Position numbers and translations under genes: made by a program
Shown: positions 22,894 through 35,347 of the stretch, one piece after another
Position numbering within the stretch: position 1 is the first letter of the stretch
How the letters are laid out: the number at the start of each line of letters is the position of its first letter
The notes under the pieces: model-generated
Told to the model about the DNA's origin: nothing
The model's input: the letters and a program-made list of their open reading frames with translations, nothing else
The model's database searches: none
Assembly (NCBI RefSeq): GCF_001194135.2
Contig: NC_068991.1
Coordinates: forward strand, 55,514,896 to 55,551,661
Length of the DNA stretch: 36,766 nt
Direction of reading: 5' to 3'
DNA from: Octopus bimaculoides
Lineage: Eukaryota

Positions 22894-25800
22894 CATAAAT
22901 ATAATATAAGCGATTTCCCAATTGCTGTAACCTGCATTATTTCGCGACTAAGAGGTTTAGAAAGCACTTAAAATTTGTAATGTATGTATAATTAAATATC
23001 GATTATAAGATGCATTTTTTAGTGCGAAAAGTGCTCAGAATTAGTAAAACTTGTTTCTTCAACTCATTTTATTATTGAACTAGTCAGAAACCGCCGAAAT
23101 TCTTTTGGCTCTTTAATTTCGAAAAGCAAATATCGCAATTACTTAAGTAATTTTGACCAAGCTTTGTTCATATATACGCAACGTTTAAGCAACATAAAAT
23201 GACTTCAATAAATTGACTGTATGTAAGTACAAAACTTGAAATTCCATCCATAAAAGGAAATTAAGTGTTTCCATTTGAATCTGGAATCTAATTACATGGA
23301 ATCAAACATCAGTATCAGTTTATGACTAAACGTATTCTTGTGTACATCTTTTTGACTCACCTAAAAAAAAACACTGGATTCATATTTATTTCTGAGTCGC
23401 ATTAGGTCTTAGATATTAATTGATTCCTCAATATTTCCTTGCTTCTTTCTTTGTTGGCAAAGAAAATATTAACTCTTAATTATTGTTATGCTATAACGGT
23501 CGGTTATCATATTTTCATGAATTTTTATTCTACAATTCTATTAGGTTATTACATTTAGTGATTATCACTTCCAGTTCAATGCAGCGCAGTTATGAAAGAG
23601 TTTGATGATCCCCAAATCGCTGAATGCAGTCATTTCAATTACAAAATTCCTTTGTTAAAACGCATTTCTTTTTTCTCTAATAAGTCGTAGTTATTAATTT
23701 TCATTACACTTTTCACAGCAAGCACCAGCAGAAACTTTACGCTCCTACTAACAAAATTGAACCAGAAGTGAAGGAGTTAATTGAAAGGGAGATGTCCGTG
23801 TGCGTAAGGAACGCTTGGCAAAGTTAATGTTCATCGGTTAAGTTTGGTGAGTAACAGAAACAAACATAGCAGGAGCGGGTGAGTTGTGCTGATGTTGAGT
23901 GTGACAATGAAGGTGAAAGTATTGCTAAAGGCATGACTTCACTAAAAATCTCCAAATGTGCATGCAATTTTATAATGCAGTTTGTTATGACAACCACTAC
24001 AAAGGTCGAGAACTGTCTATTATATTTGTTTCTTGAGAAAAAATACATATATTTATTATCAATTCACCACATTGGCTGTGTTAAATCATAAAAGCTTTTC
24101 TCCGTGGTACAATATCATTCTAGTATACTAAAATATTAGAATTAAACTAAAATATTAGAATTAAACCTAAACAATTATTGAAAGTACCAGCTTATTTTAC
24201 ACGAGTATTCGTAGTAAGCACAAATTGAATGTAAAAGCAATTATCTTTTTTTTTCTTCCCATATTCACTTACCGTACACAAGTATTAATGGCTGCTATAG
24301 GATACTTAAGCATTAATAACCATAAAATTCTTTTACATGTAGGTACGTCACTGTTGCTCGGCTAACACACACTATCTTGCGTAGTATGCTAAGCTTATTA
24401 ACCTGACAAAATATTTCATAGCATTTTACTATTATTTTTTTATGGAAATAGATGGTTTCTATAGCCTTCATCTATCTTCATTGATTCTTATTTTTCTAGC
24501 TCCATTTTCGTTCTAATTATTTATCTTAATATTTCCTTTTCTTTTTTCTCTCTTTTCTTTTCATAGTCTGATCTTGTGCATAGTAACTCGCATATAAGAC
24601 CAATCTGCAGCAAATGTAACACATCTCTTGCAAAAGGAGTGAAATGGTGGTCATGGAAAATACATGCCACATAGTTGTACTTATATTTACTGATATACAT
24701 GCAAGAAAATCATTACAACGGCATTCTTGCAAAATAAACACTTAAGAAATCTACGTGAGAAAACTAACAAGCACTATTTTAATCTGACAAAATATTCTAC
24801 TAACTTTCTATCTGTGTTCTAGCAATAAATATCGTTTTTCTTTCCTGCAAATACTCGCTTTTGTCAACTCATTCAGAATAACAAATGAAATGTATATAAG
24901 ATCAACTGAAGAAACATTTGTCTATCTTCCTTAGATAACAATAAATCAGCGAAGACGGTTGATGGAAATAACTTTTATGCTCATTTGCTGTTATCCAATC
25001 ATTTTTCCTACATGAGGAGAAATATATAAATGTTAAAGTGGGATTTCTGCACGCATAAAAATGTCAAAACTACAATTTCGTAAAGTGTATTAAAGCTAAA
25101 TACAAAGAAGATGCTAATATAACAATGTAAGCTTTTGATGATCCGAGTATTAAATACTGCTTAGTTACCTTGTTACGATATTTCAATTAATTTTCCATTG
25201 AAAACCGTAGTTTGGGAAGGATATAAGTGATTGTTGTGTGTTGATAATATCTATTGTCACAAGTTTTTGTGGTAACTCAATGACTGCAAAAGTCACGTCT
25301 TTACTTCACAGGAAAGAAAGTCAATATAACTTAGTCCAATTTATAAGATGTAAAAAATGACGAATGAAACTTTATGTATTGTTCAAGTAATTTATCAGAA
25401 TCTAATATAAAATTATTAAAACACCCAACAAGTTAAATGAATAGCACTTCATTCTAATGTCAATTATCTGCTATTGTCTCTATTCAAAAATTACTGCGGT
25501 TATGAAGTATCTTAATCTCCGTCCATATTTAGGAATGGACCAAGACCTTGAATTTGTGTATCTCAGATTGTAGAAATATCTATGTAATGTCTAATTGTTT
25601 ATTTTAGCCAAATCAAAAGAGTTGGGCTTTGATTAAAATGTTCTCTCTACTCTTGGTGTTATGTGGTTGAATAAAAGAAAAAATAGTGAGTGTAAACTGC
25701 ATACAATTAAGGATTTAGAGAGTTCATAGATATAACGTGTCTAGACTGAATAGCAAAACATGAGAATCATTCCGGGGTTTTCCGAAAAGCTGCCCATCCA

Positions 25801-26243
25801 TTAGATCACCCATCGGTGTTTATTTGGATGGGCAGTTATTTGTGGTTAAAAGCTGAAACAGAGTTAGTGTTCTCGTTTGCATTGTGTTTAGACGTTCATT
25901 TGCTCTGTTCGGCACTAGCCTTATTTCGTCGGAGAAGTAATGTAACACTCTTTGATTGATTACCACTACCTGATAGTTCGTCGGCTGCACTACGCCACTT
26001 GTCTGATACGATTGTATTTGTTGTCACTGCTACGTGTTCTGATTTACCTTGAATATCTCAATTTGTAACAAAAGTTCTTATTGAACGCCGATATCCAGGG
26101 AATAACCACTGTCTTGCTGTTAATGTCCTTTACGTGTGTCACTAGTAATTATCAAGTTGCAAGTTTCACTACGTTATTGTACAGTAAGTTTTTGTGGAGT
26201 AAATACGTCTGTAGATAAATTCAAAGGATTTTTATTCCCAATA

Positions 26244-27440
26244 ATGGAGTCGAAAGAAACTATATCAAAACGTGTTCAACGATCATATATAATTAGTGAA
26301 AAATTGAGTGCTATTAAATGAATGAAAGAACATTCTGGCAATTTATCTGCTGCGTCAAGAGACTTGGGTATTGATAGAAAACGATTGAGAGAATGGTGCA
26401 CATAAGAAACTGGGTTAATCAATATGTCAGACAAGAGGAAGCGCAGATCAATTGGTGGAGGTAGAGGACCAGCATATAGAGATCTAGAGATTGAACTCTT
26501 ACAATGGATTGTTGTTCAGCGTACAAACAATATAATTGTAAATTATCGCTGTTTACGGGAATATACTCTTGAATTTGTAAAAAGGGTTGGAATTGAAATG
26601 AACAGCTTTAGATGTTCTGATAAATGGATTTTCAATTTCATGAAACGGAATCAACTGACTGCGAGAAAGATTACACATGTTGGTCAAGCAGACGATAAAG
26701 CACTTGGAGAAAAGGCACAAATTGCCATTGACTATCTAGATATCATTCCAGTATTAACAGCAGATAAGGATGCTGACCAGATTTTATAATAAAGATGAAA
26801 CACCTGTATACATGACATGTTGAGTTCAACAACCATAGACTTTGTTGGCAATAAAAATGTAGATGCTAGCCACAATGGTGCTACCAAAGCTCGTTTTACT
26901 GCTGTGTTTTGTGTTAATGCTGCAGGAAAGGTGTTGAAAACAATAATTATCCTTAAAGGATTGAAAAAACGTGCCCAAAATCAAGGTCCCAAAGAATATT
27001 TATTTAATAGTCTCCAACAGAGGGTCAATCACATATGAACTCATGCAGCTGTGGGCTGACAAAGTGTTTGGGCAGAGAACAGCACAACTATTTCATGCTC
27101 AAAATTCAGTGCTATTCATGGATGAATGCTCAGTGCACGAGAAAACAGAGCTGCTAGAAGTGTTCAAACGTAGGAATACAATTCTCAAACTTATACCTCC
27201 TAAAACAATATCTTACTTGCACCCGTTAGATGTATCAATTATTGGGCCTTTCAAGAATGCCCTTCGTGCTGAATGATAGAATTGGTTTTTTAATGGCAAA
27301 AAGTAGTATACAAATAAAGGATATCGCAAAAAAACCTTCTTATCAAGATATATATATATATATAAACAATTATATATATATATAAACAATTGTAGCGTGG
27401 AAGGTGTTTATAAGCCATTTAAGAAACACCAAAAAACTGT
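26244..27440 (+). mobile_element. pogo-family (DD35D, POGK-like) transposase, disabled
   Basis: N-terminal HTH (RSYIISEKL...SAASRDLGIDRKRLREW), CENP-B-type HTH (LEIELLQW...FRCSDKWIFNFMKRNQLTARKIT), DETP, RFTAVFCV.A.G.VL, and MD-35 aa-PLD. Stops and frameshifts are present. Confidence 0.92.
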
Positions 27441-27760
27441 TAGATTCACTTCAACATTTNNNNNNNNNNNNNNNNNNNNNNNNNNNNNNNNNNNNNNNNN
27501 NNNNNNNNNNNNNNNNNNNNNNNNNNNNNNNNNNNNNNNNNNNNNNNNNNNNNNNNNNNNNNNNNNNNNNNNNNNNNNNNNNNNNNNNNNNNNNNNNNNN
27601 NNNNNNNNNNNNNNNNNNNNNNNNNNNNNNNNNNNNNNNNNNNNNNNNNNNNNNNNNNNNNNNNNNNNNNNNNNNNNNNNNNNNNNNNNNNNNNNNNNNN
27701 NNNNNNNNNNNNNNNNNNNNNNNNNNNNNNNNNNNNNNNNNNNNNNNNNNNNNNNNNNNN

Positions 27761-27803
<43 letters not shown>

Positions 27804-28276
27804 AACATATATAAATGTATGTATGCATATATTTGTGTGTGTATGTATACACGTACACACATACATGTATAGATTTACATGTATGCATATACATATATAC
27901 AAGAAATGAACCTGAAACTAATATTCCAGGATTTCAAACATCAACTCTTGTTATGTGTCACAACCGATTTCTGCATGTCTCCTTTTGTTAATATATGGAA
28001 TTAGTGATTGATCCATCAGACATCTATATAAGATGTGTGATACACAAAATCCTAAATGAAAATTATGTCTTCCTATATTTTGAAAGGCAATTTAATGTAG
28101 CAAATGCAGTAAATAGATTTTAAAATAAACCTATGCAAAAAATAAACAAAGTGAAATGATAATGATCAGTTCATTAAAACAAATAATAAATAGTTTCAAC
28201 AAAGAGGTCATCATACGAAGAGAATTAAAATATTTCCTTTGCGGACCACGTTCATATAATATACAAGTACATATAT

Positions 28277-28468
28277 AGGAAATCAATGTCTATTGTTTCA
28301 TTATACAACCCCTCCCAATATAGGTGGTAGGATCTCGAGATTCTAAGTATGTCCAATATTCGTGTTAATAGGCATACCTGAATATAAAAATGCAGTCCTT
28401 GCGTGTAATAATAATGACTGTAAAAAGTGTAAGACTGACTGACAGACACTGAGTACCGCTCTTATGCA
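28277..28468 (+). repeat. Unclassified interspersed repeat, copy 2
   Basis: See 463-656. Confidence 0.8.
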
Positions 28469-28493
28469 TTATTGAATTTCAATGCTATATAGG

Positions 28494-28706
28494 TGTTGTA
28501 GGGAATTAGTAATGGTACACCCCTCCCACATGCCGAATGGAATAACCTAGTCACAATTAGTAAAGAGAAGTACGTGAAGTACCGGAGTACGTAGTAGACG
28601 GTCAGCGATAGTCGTGTCTTCACTAGTTTTACTGACTAAACTGTATACTGAAGTGTGTGTTATAACAATCCAACATTTTTTAGAATTATAACAGTGGCGA
28701 CAAGGA
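28494..28706 (+). mobile_element. 5' LTR (TG...CA, 28494-28693) and primer-binding site
   Basis: TGTTGTAGGG...TATAACA followed by g-TGGCGACAAGGA, directly upstream of gag. Confidence 0.75.
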
Positions 28707-28768
28707 TTTAAACAACTTACGAAGGTTTTAACAACTCACGAGGAGTTAACAAACTCACAAAGTTTTTA

Positions 28769-29718
28769 TTGTGTGAATTTTACGAAAGAGAAATTTTAAA
28801 AATTACGTTGGTCGGTTTGCCCGAATTGCAAAAACAACAACAGAAGCAACAACAAAAACAACAAAAGAAGCATCAACAACAATTAATTTTACAAAAGATG
28901 CTACAATTAATGAAGTCGTCAAGAAATTCAGAAAAAATGTTCTCGCCAGACTACGTTGCGAAGTTGATAACGGAGTTTAAATACGAATCAGACGAAGGAG
29001 TTACCTTCGAGGTATACTACAGAAGATATGAGCAAATCTTCGACAAAGAATGTAATGATTGGGACGACGAGATGAAAACGCGCTTAATCTTAAGAAAACT
29101 GGCGGTAGCAGAACATGAGCGTTACAGCAATTATGTATTCCCAAGATGGTCTTCGGACATAAACTTTAATGACACAATAGATATAGTGTGTAAAAGTTTC
29201 AGTGAAAAAAGCTCATTGGTCAACACATGTTGGAAGTGTCTGAACATAGAGAAAAAACAACGACGTGGACTACATCACTTATGCTGGTAGAGTAAACAGG
29301 GAATGCGAGAAGTTTAAGCTAGATGAATTAACGCCAGATATATTCAAAAGGAAACAAAAAGAATACTGTGGTCAACAAAAGAAAATAGGAACAAGTTTGG
29401 TGCGAAACGAAACCAAGACGTGAACTGATACTTAATGTGTGATGGCGTACTGATGTATGCACAGAGATTAGTGATACCGGAAGCACTGCAAAAGAAAATG
29501 TTGCGAGAATTTCACGTTGGACATCCTGGTATTTCAAGAATGAAAGCTTTAATGCGAAATTACGTATACTGGCCGAAAATGGAGAGAGGAATCCAAAATT
29601 TAGTGAAAGGCTGTAGAGGATGTGCTCTAGCAGCAAAATTGTCCACTGCGAAAAGTGAACCTTGGCTAAAACTATATGTTCCGTGGCCGAGACTACACAT
29701 CGATTTCACTCGTCCTTT
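28769..29718 (+). mobile_element. Ty3/gypsy (Mag/K02A2.6-like) internal region: gag plus integrase N-terminus, internally deleted
   Basis: gag: EFKYESDEGVTFEVYYRRYEQIF..KTRLILRKL..EHERYSNYVFP. Integrase zinc-binding: RLVIPEALQKKMLREFHVGHPGISRMKALMRNYVYWP...CRGC, then PW.RLHIDF. Confidence 0.9.
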
Positions 29719-29721
29719 AAA

Positions 29722-29945
29722 TTGTTCTGCATTAATATTCCTCGCACTTTCCATTGCGTTGTTGCCTTTATCGAACTCATAAAGCAAAATATGCCGAACA
29801 TGTTTGTTCGTCACTTTCATTATAGCCTTGAAAAATAACTGTTAAAATTGAACTGCACTCTTCAAAACTTGCACTAAGGATAAGCAAAAGGTAGAATTAC
29901 TACCTGCTTTTATAGCACGTTGATGCAGGTAGTTTATAACGTTTA
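29722..29945 (-). mobile_element. Mariner 5' fragment truncating the gypsy integrase
   Basis: MKVTNKHVRHILLYEFDKGNNAMESARNINA is a mariner transposase N-terminus. Confidence 0.8.
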
Positions 29946-30469
29946 CACACACACACACACACACACACATTGAAAATTGACTTACTTCCGGAATTTTGGG
30001 CAATTGCTGAGGAAATGCCTTTGATATGTTAAAATTAGTTCGTAAGTTCTTGGAAACCTGTTTAGAAAGGAATGTGATTTTATTGCAGGTGAATCATAAC
30101 TTAAGTTCAATGTAATTGAAATGACGCGCAAAAATGCACTTGAGCATGAATTAAATTATATAAATACTCTTTCACAAAAATGACTAACACTGCTTGCACA
30201 CTGCCTAATAGGATAAAAATGTAACATACTCTAAGGATTAACATGAGTTTGTTCACTCCAGTAATGATAGTTTACTGAAGAAATACCCTCAGAAGTACGT
30301 TATTTAGGACATTACACGGACGGAAGAATATTAAGTGAAACTGAGAAATGTAGATGTACTGGTTATGGAGTTGTATGCTCGAATGTGTACAAGCATCTTG
30401 ATTTGGATTCATATCTACACACACACATTAGAATACATATACACATTCAATCATTCATGCACTACACAC

Positions 30470-30535
30470 ATACACACACGCATACATACATACATACATA
30501 CATACATACATACATACATACATACATACATGCAT
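30470..30535. repeat. (CATA)n microsatellite
   Basis: Direct reading. Confidence 0.95.
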
Positions 30536-30619
30536 AGATTATATAATGAAATTCGTAGAAAGGATAATCCTGAGGAGACAGGTAAAAAATCTTTACAGCG
30601 ATGCAGACGATATAGCCAC

Positions 30620-30985
30620 TCATTTATTCAAAAGAATCCTGGTGGAATGTCACCCTCAAAATCACCATAATCTCTAGCACAGCAGACAGGATCTGAGAGA
30701 CAGAGAGAAGAATTTGTGCAGTGTAACTGAAACCATTTGTCCAGCGGTTGTCAACATAATATTAAAGGTCAATGAGAAACATGCACCGAACTAATGAGGT
30801 TTCTGCAGGTACTCTATCCGGATTATAAATTTACATGTCTATCAATAACCTTTGGAGATCTTAGCTCTGTGACTAAATTTCACAATACAACTCTTGAGAA
30901 AGTGGGAATCACAAAACCAGACAGAACATGTCACAACAAAAGATTTCAGCTCCGAGTCCTCAAAGTTACTGTCAAATTAAATAAA
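30620..30985 (+). mobile_element. RLE-type non-LTR retrotransposon (R4/Dong/NeSL-like), C-terminal fragment
   Basis: WWNVTLK...C.V...P.....N...K..E....LMRFLQVLYPDYKFTC.SITFGDL..V.K....LEKVGI...LQ..VLK.TVK resembles the C-terminal restriction-like endonuclease region. Confidence 0.6.
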
Positions 30986-31109
30986 ATTCAGTACATGAAT
31001 ACGATCTATATTTGCAATGCTATGCATGCAAGTACCATTGCATACATGTTCACACACATACAGAGGAGTTGAACAAAATAATACAAACAACGTGTTAAAT
31101 AGAAGTTTT

Positions 31110-32110
31110 ATTATTTAATTCATTTTTAGTTCACCTTTAACCACGGCTTCAAAATGGCGAGAAATTGGCACGTTTCTGAACTGCTATTCGGAGATGTTTT
31201 AACCATTCTTCAAGTAAAACCTGCTTTAGCTTTTTCAGTGGCCATGGCGGAAGGAAGTGTATCCTCAAGTGCTATCCCAAAATGCAACATGACTCTTCGA
31301 CTATATTAAGATGAAATGATTGTGGAGGCCAATCCAGATGGTATAATTTACTTTCGTGTTATTCGTAACATAACCTTATTGAGTAAACCGGCACAGTAAC
31401 TTCCTGGATGATTGAACTACAATTAGGGAACAATGTTTGGTACTCTGTCATGGACATTATTAGCCCAAATACTGAGATAATTCTTGGCTTTAATCCTGTC
31501 ATGGTAAAAACTCAGAAGTCGTGAGAATTCTATAAAATGGCTGCCCAAATCATCACAGAACCATCTCCACACTTTACAGTAGGTGCCAAACAGTCAATGC
31601 TGAAAGCTTCTCGAGACATAAACTTGCTTCGGTGTGGGACAATTGCTGAATGATGATCCACAAGGGAAGATGATGAGGCTCCGTTTAGCCATTGAACACT
31701 TCTGGTAGTTTAGAATCAATTTTTTCCGTTTATCATTGTTGAGGGTAGACAGGAGACATGTAACAAGTGAAGTCCTCTCATGGTATCTAAATCTATGTAG
31801 TACACGACGAGCGGTTTTGGATGATGTTTATTTGGCAAGATGATGATTTATTTCTGTTGTCAAATTTGCTTCCGCGTTTCGATAGTTTTACACATCAATG
31901 ATTCACTATCTAAAGACCAACAATGGGCTTTTCCTTCCATCAAAAGTATACGCGCCAGATCCGACCTCACCTTAGAATCAGAATGTCAACATGATTTTCG
32001 TGACTGTACCTCTTGAAAAATAAATTTATGAGTTTTATGGACTTGAAGCTGCAGCTTTTCGCTCTCCAACTATTTTCCCTCTTTGCAAATCAGACAGGTT
32101 ACGAATTTCA
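31110..32110 (-). mobile_element. Tc1-like transposase remnants
   Basis: PTVKCGDGSVMIWAAI (~PTVKHGGGSVMVWG), RIKAKNYLSI, and C-terminal LKQVLLEEW. Highly decayed. Confidence 0.7.
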
Positions 32111-32499
32111 TTTTATTTAAATGTAATTATCTACAAAGAAAGAAAAGCTGAGGGTTAGATCATAAAGTACAAGTCACACATAATGAATATTATCAAGAAA
32201 CATTTCCTCCATGTAAAATTCGAAAAATAAATGAAAATGAACATATATACAAATTCCTTGTTAGCACCGATAAGCTTCGGTCGGACAAACTGTCACTATC
32301 ACAGATTAGTCTACTTAAGCAAGCTTTGATGAAAACGGATGAGTATTTTCAAAAGTTATGAAGGCTTTTGTCCAGCAGAAATTGCATGACAATACAAAAT
32401 CAGTTAGTTAAATCTTTTTTACTAACTTTCCTCTTCATAAAATAAGCAAAATATTCATTTTCCTTTGTATTTTGTGGTTGTATATTTCGTTGTACCATG

Positions 32500-32695
32500 T
32501 TGTAGGAAAGCAACATGGTACCGTGTTCACTCCCACTCTATGGCATCCTGGGAAAATGTCTTTAGCTTCGAGTTAACCAAAACCTTGTGGTTGGATTCAG
32601 TACAAGGAGACAGAAACAAACCCGTCGTAAATGCGTATGTATATATGTATGTATTTATGTATGTATGGATGGATGCATGGATGGATGCATGGGCG
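32500..32695 (+). mobile_element. SINE 5' half, degenerate
   Basis: Similar to 20759-20911 (caacatggt..cg.gttca.tcccact...ccaaaaccttgtg..tggatt...aaacccgtcgta), followed by a microsatellite. Confidence 0.65.
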
Positions 32696-32704
32696 TAATA
32701 TAAA

Positions 32705-33800
32705 CAGTAGCAACAACAACAACAACAACAGCAACTGCAGCAGCAACAGCAACAATTACAACAGCAACTACAACAGCAACAACAAAACCAACAGTTGCTG
32801 GAATTAATGTTGAAGAAGCATGAAAATACTTCAAGTTTGTACTCGCCAAACTCAATTGAAGAATTCAGTTATAATCCAGAAGAGGCGAAGTTTTCCAAGG
32901 ATAATGTAAACATTGGTCTGTCGAGAAAAAATACAACTACTTTTAAGAAAGTTATCCCCTGCCGAGCACGAAAAATATAGTAATTATATTCTGCCGAAGA
33001 AACCAGGTGAGATTAGTTTCGATGAAACAATTTTTTATCGAAAATTTTCAGTGAAAGAAGTTCCCAGTTCAATACTCTTTGGCAATATTTAAATTTGGTC
33101 AAAAAAGATTATCAAGATTTCGTCACTTATGCTGGGATTATTAACAGAGAGTGTGAAAAATTAAAATTAAACTAATTAATCCCAGACATGTTCAAATGTC
33201 TAATTTTTGTTCAAGAGCTTACTGCAAGCAAAGATGCAGATATACATTCCCGGATATTAACAAAATTAGAGCAGGACCAAAAGCTAACTCTACAGGCAGT
33301 AGCAGAAGAATGCCAGAGGATTATAAATCTATGACTTGGCGCAGATAAAATTGAAGAAAAAGATAAGAAAAAAGAGAAAAAATGTCAAGACCAAATCCAT
33401 GTTGTGGGTGCGGTGGTCTACATTTTAATAGTAACTGTCCGTTCAAAAATATAAAATGCTTCAAGTGTGGCAAGGTAGGTCATAAAAATCACACTGTAAA
33501 GCAAAACCTAAAAGACCGTTCAACAGAAAAAAAATTATGTAAATAAGTTACCGGTGACATGAAATACGAACGAGCCTGAAAGGAAATTTGTGTATGTAAA
33601 AATTTATAACACAAACGTAAAGTTATAATTGGATACAGCCAGTGATATCTCGATAATTAACGTAGATACCTGGGAAAAATCGGGAGAACTAGAGTAAAAG
33701 AAACTTCGAAAATTGCCCGTGGTGTTTCAGGACAAAAATTGTATTTTAAGGGCGTAATAAGTGACATTACATTTCGTGGAAAAACCTTAAAAGCCAACGA
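32705..33800 (+). mobile_element. Ty3/gypsy gag, zinc knuckles and protease fragment
   Basis: Poly-Q start, EEFSYNPEE, KLSPAEHEKYSNYILPK, C.GCGGLHF.SNC, CFKCGKVGH...C and protease-like LDTASD. Confidence 0.88.
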
Positions 33801-34183
33801 TTCTTATAAATTTCTATTTCTAAATAATGTGTAATTGTGTTGCATTCAAAGTTGGAAACAGCTGAAAAAAATACTTAGGGATTAAATGAAAGCAATAAGA
33901 ATCTATTTACATCCGGTGGTAGTGTATTATAAGATTTAGGTATAAAAATATTTTCTCGAATAATTATAGTCTTCCTTGAAATTGAATCATAGTTTACGCT
34001 GTATACAAGTGGAACAATGTGCAAAAATGCAAACGTATATCTGCTGATTTCCATCGTAGTTAATTCACAAAGAGTCGACTGAACTGGTAGCACGCTGATA
34101 TTGACGTGGCGTAAAGATACGTGTCAATAATATCCGGTAAACACTGAGCATGTGTTTGCTCACTTCCGGATTTGTCACACAGG

Positions 34184-34184
<1 letters not shown>

Positions 34185-34244
<60 letters not shown>

Positions 34245-34245
34245 C
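34185..34245. repeat. (TATC)n microsatellite
   Basis: Direct reading. Confidence 0.95.
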
Positions 34246-34876
34246 TACATACATATATGTATGTATCTGTATACACACACACGTAAGTATGTACGTATAA
34301 ATATGCATGTATTTGAATATACATATTGCGTAAATTAAACATTATTTACATGTCACTAGTTGGAGTACTTGTTATTGATTTTACATCAACAAAAGAGTAA
34401 ACTATATATACATACGCACATATATATGTATGTGTGTATGTTGTATGTGTGTATTTTGTATGAATGTATGTTGGCATGTAAGCAAGTAGGTAGGTACGTA
34501 CGTACATACGTACCTACATTTATGTAACAGTGAAAAGTATGTAGGAACTAATAATTCGTGGTTGTGTTAGTCTTAGATTTCCCTACGTGTGCTCTGTATA
34601 TCATTAAATATCAATTTATACATGTTCGTCTTTATCTTAACGCAAAGACAGGAAGAAGAATTTTTATAAATGCAAGGATGAATTGCAAAATTTGTAATCT
34701 GATTCGCTGTATGAAAAGTCCGCGTTGTGAATAAAGGCATAGGTACACACACACGCCCAAATACACACATACGCACGTACACATAAGCACACACACGCAC
34801 ATGGGCACACCACTCATTTTAACAGATATATTTACCAAAATTACATAAAAATATCTTGAAATACTAAAGAGTAAAT

Positions 34877-35347
34877 TTATTCAACCACGGCCTCCAGACG
34901 ACTTCGGAATCTACTGCAACTCTTCTGGACGGCCTTCTTGTTTAAGTTGGTGAATGCTGCCATAATCCTTGCCTTCATCTCATCTTTGGTATTACAAGGA
35001 GTTTTGTTGGTCTCTCGTTCAACTGCGCCCCACACATAATAATCAAGGGGGTTGCAGTCTGGGAAGTTAGGTGGCCAGATGTTAGTGTTGATGTTGTCGC
35101 AGAAATTGTCTGACTGCCATGACTGGATTCTCCTGCCTGTGTGGAATAGTGCGGTGTCCTGTTGCCAGACACAGGGTTTTCCAGCAGCCACACTCTTCAC
35201 CCAGGTCAGCACTACCTCCTCCAGGCACTTAATGTAGGCCGCCGTCTTGTGTCTGAGACCGTATGGGAAGATGAATGTAGATATAACGTCGCCATCGCTA
35301 GTGATCACTCCAAACACGATGTTGACTAAATGTTTGATTTTTATCAC
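34877..35347 (-). mobile_element. Tc1/mariner DD37D (maT-like) transposase, C-terminal half
   Basis: VFGVITSDG...YIKCLEEVV..W...WQQD-37 aa-D (WPPNFPDCNPLDYYVWG)...RFRSRLEAVVE. Confidence 0.9.

Larger units (their letters stand above)
10317..28051 (-). pseudogene. Disabled multi-exon paralog, iGluR/IR-like (copy B)
   Basis: Minus-strand exon-like blocks, each starting at an AG acceptor: 28051-~27910, 25579-25495, 24750-~24561, 16461-16333, 16133-15944, 10704-10317. They match copy A in order (IFL..E..HK...WT.I; AVVMIF..VQLCG..FAA.WSY; DGHLIKNRRRLFVVYVVK; EGIDV...NNLLRLIL...IEN; SGIL..VSFTLM.MGILPFMYKKKKK). Multiple nonsense codons are present. Confidence 0.5.

Noticed and set aside
463-28468. 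Shared upstream element of the two paralogs as a relic of their duplication
   Set aside because: The copies are in direct orientation while the genes are inverted, so independent insertions are more likely.
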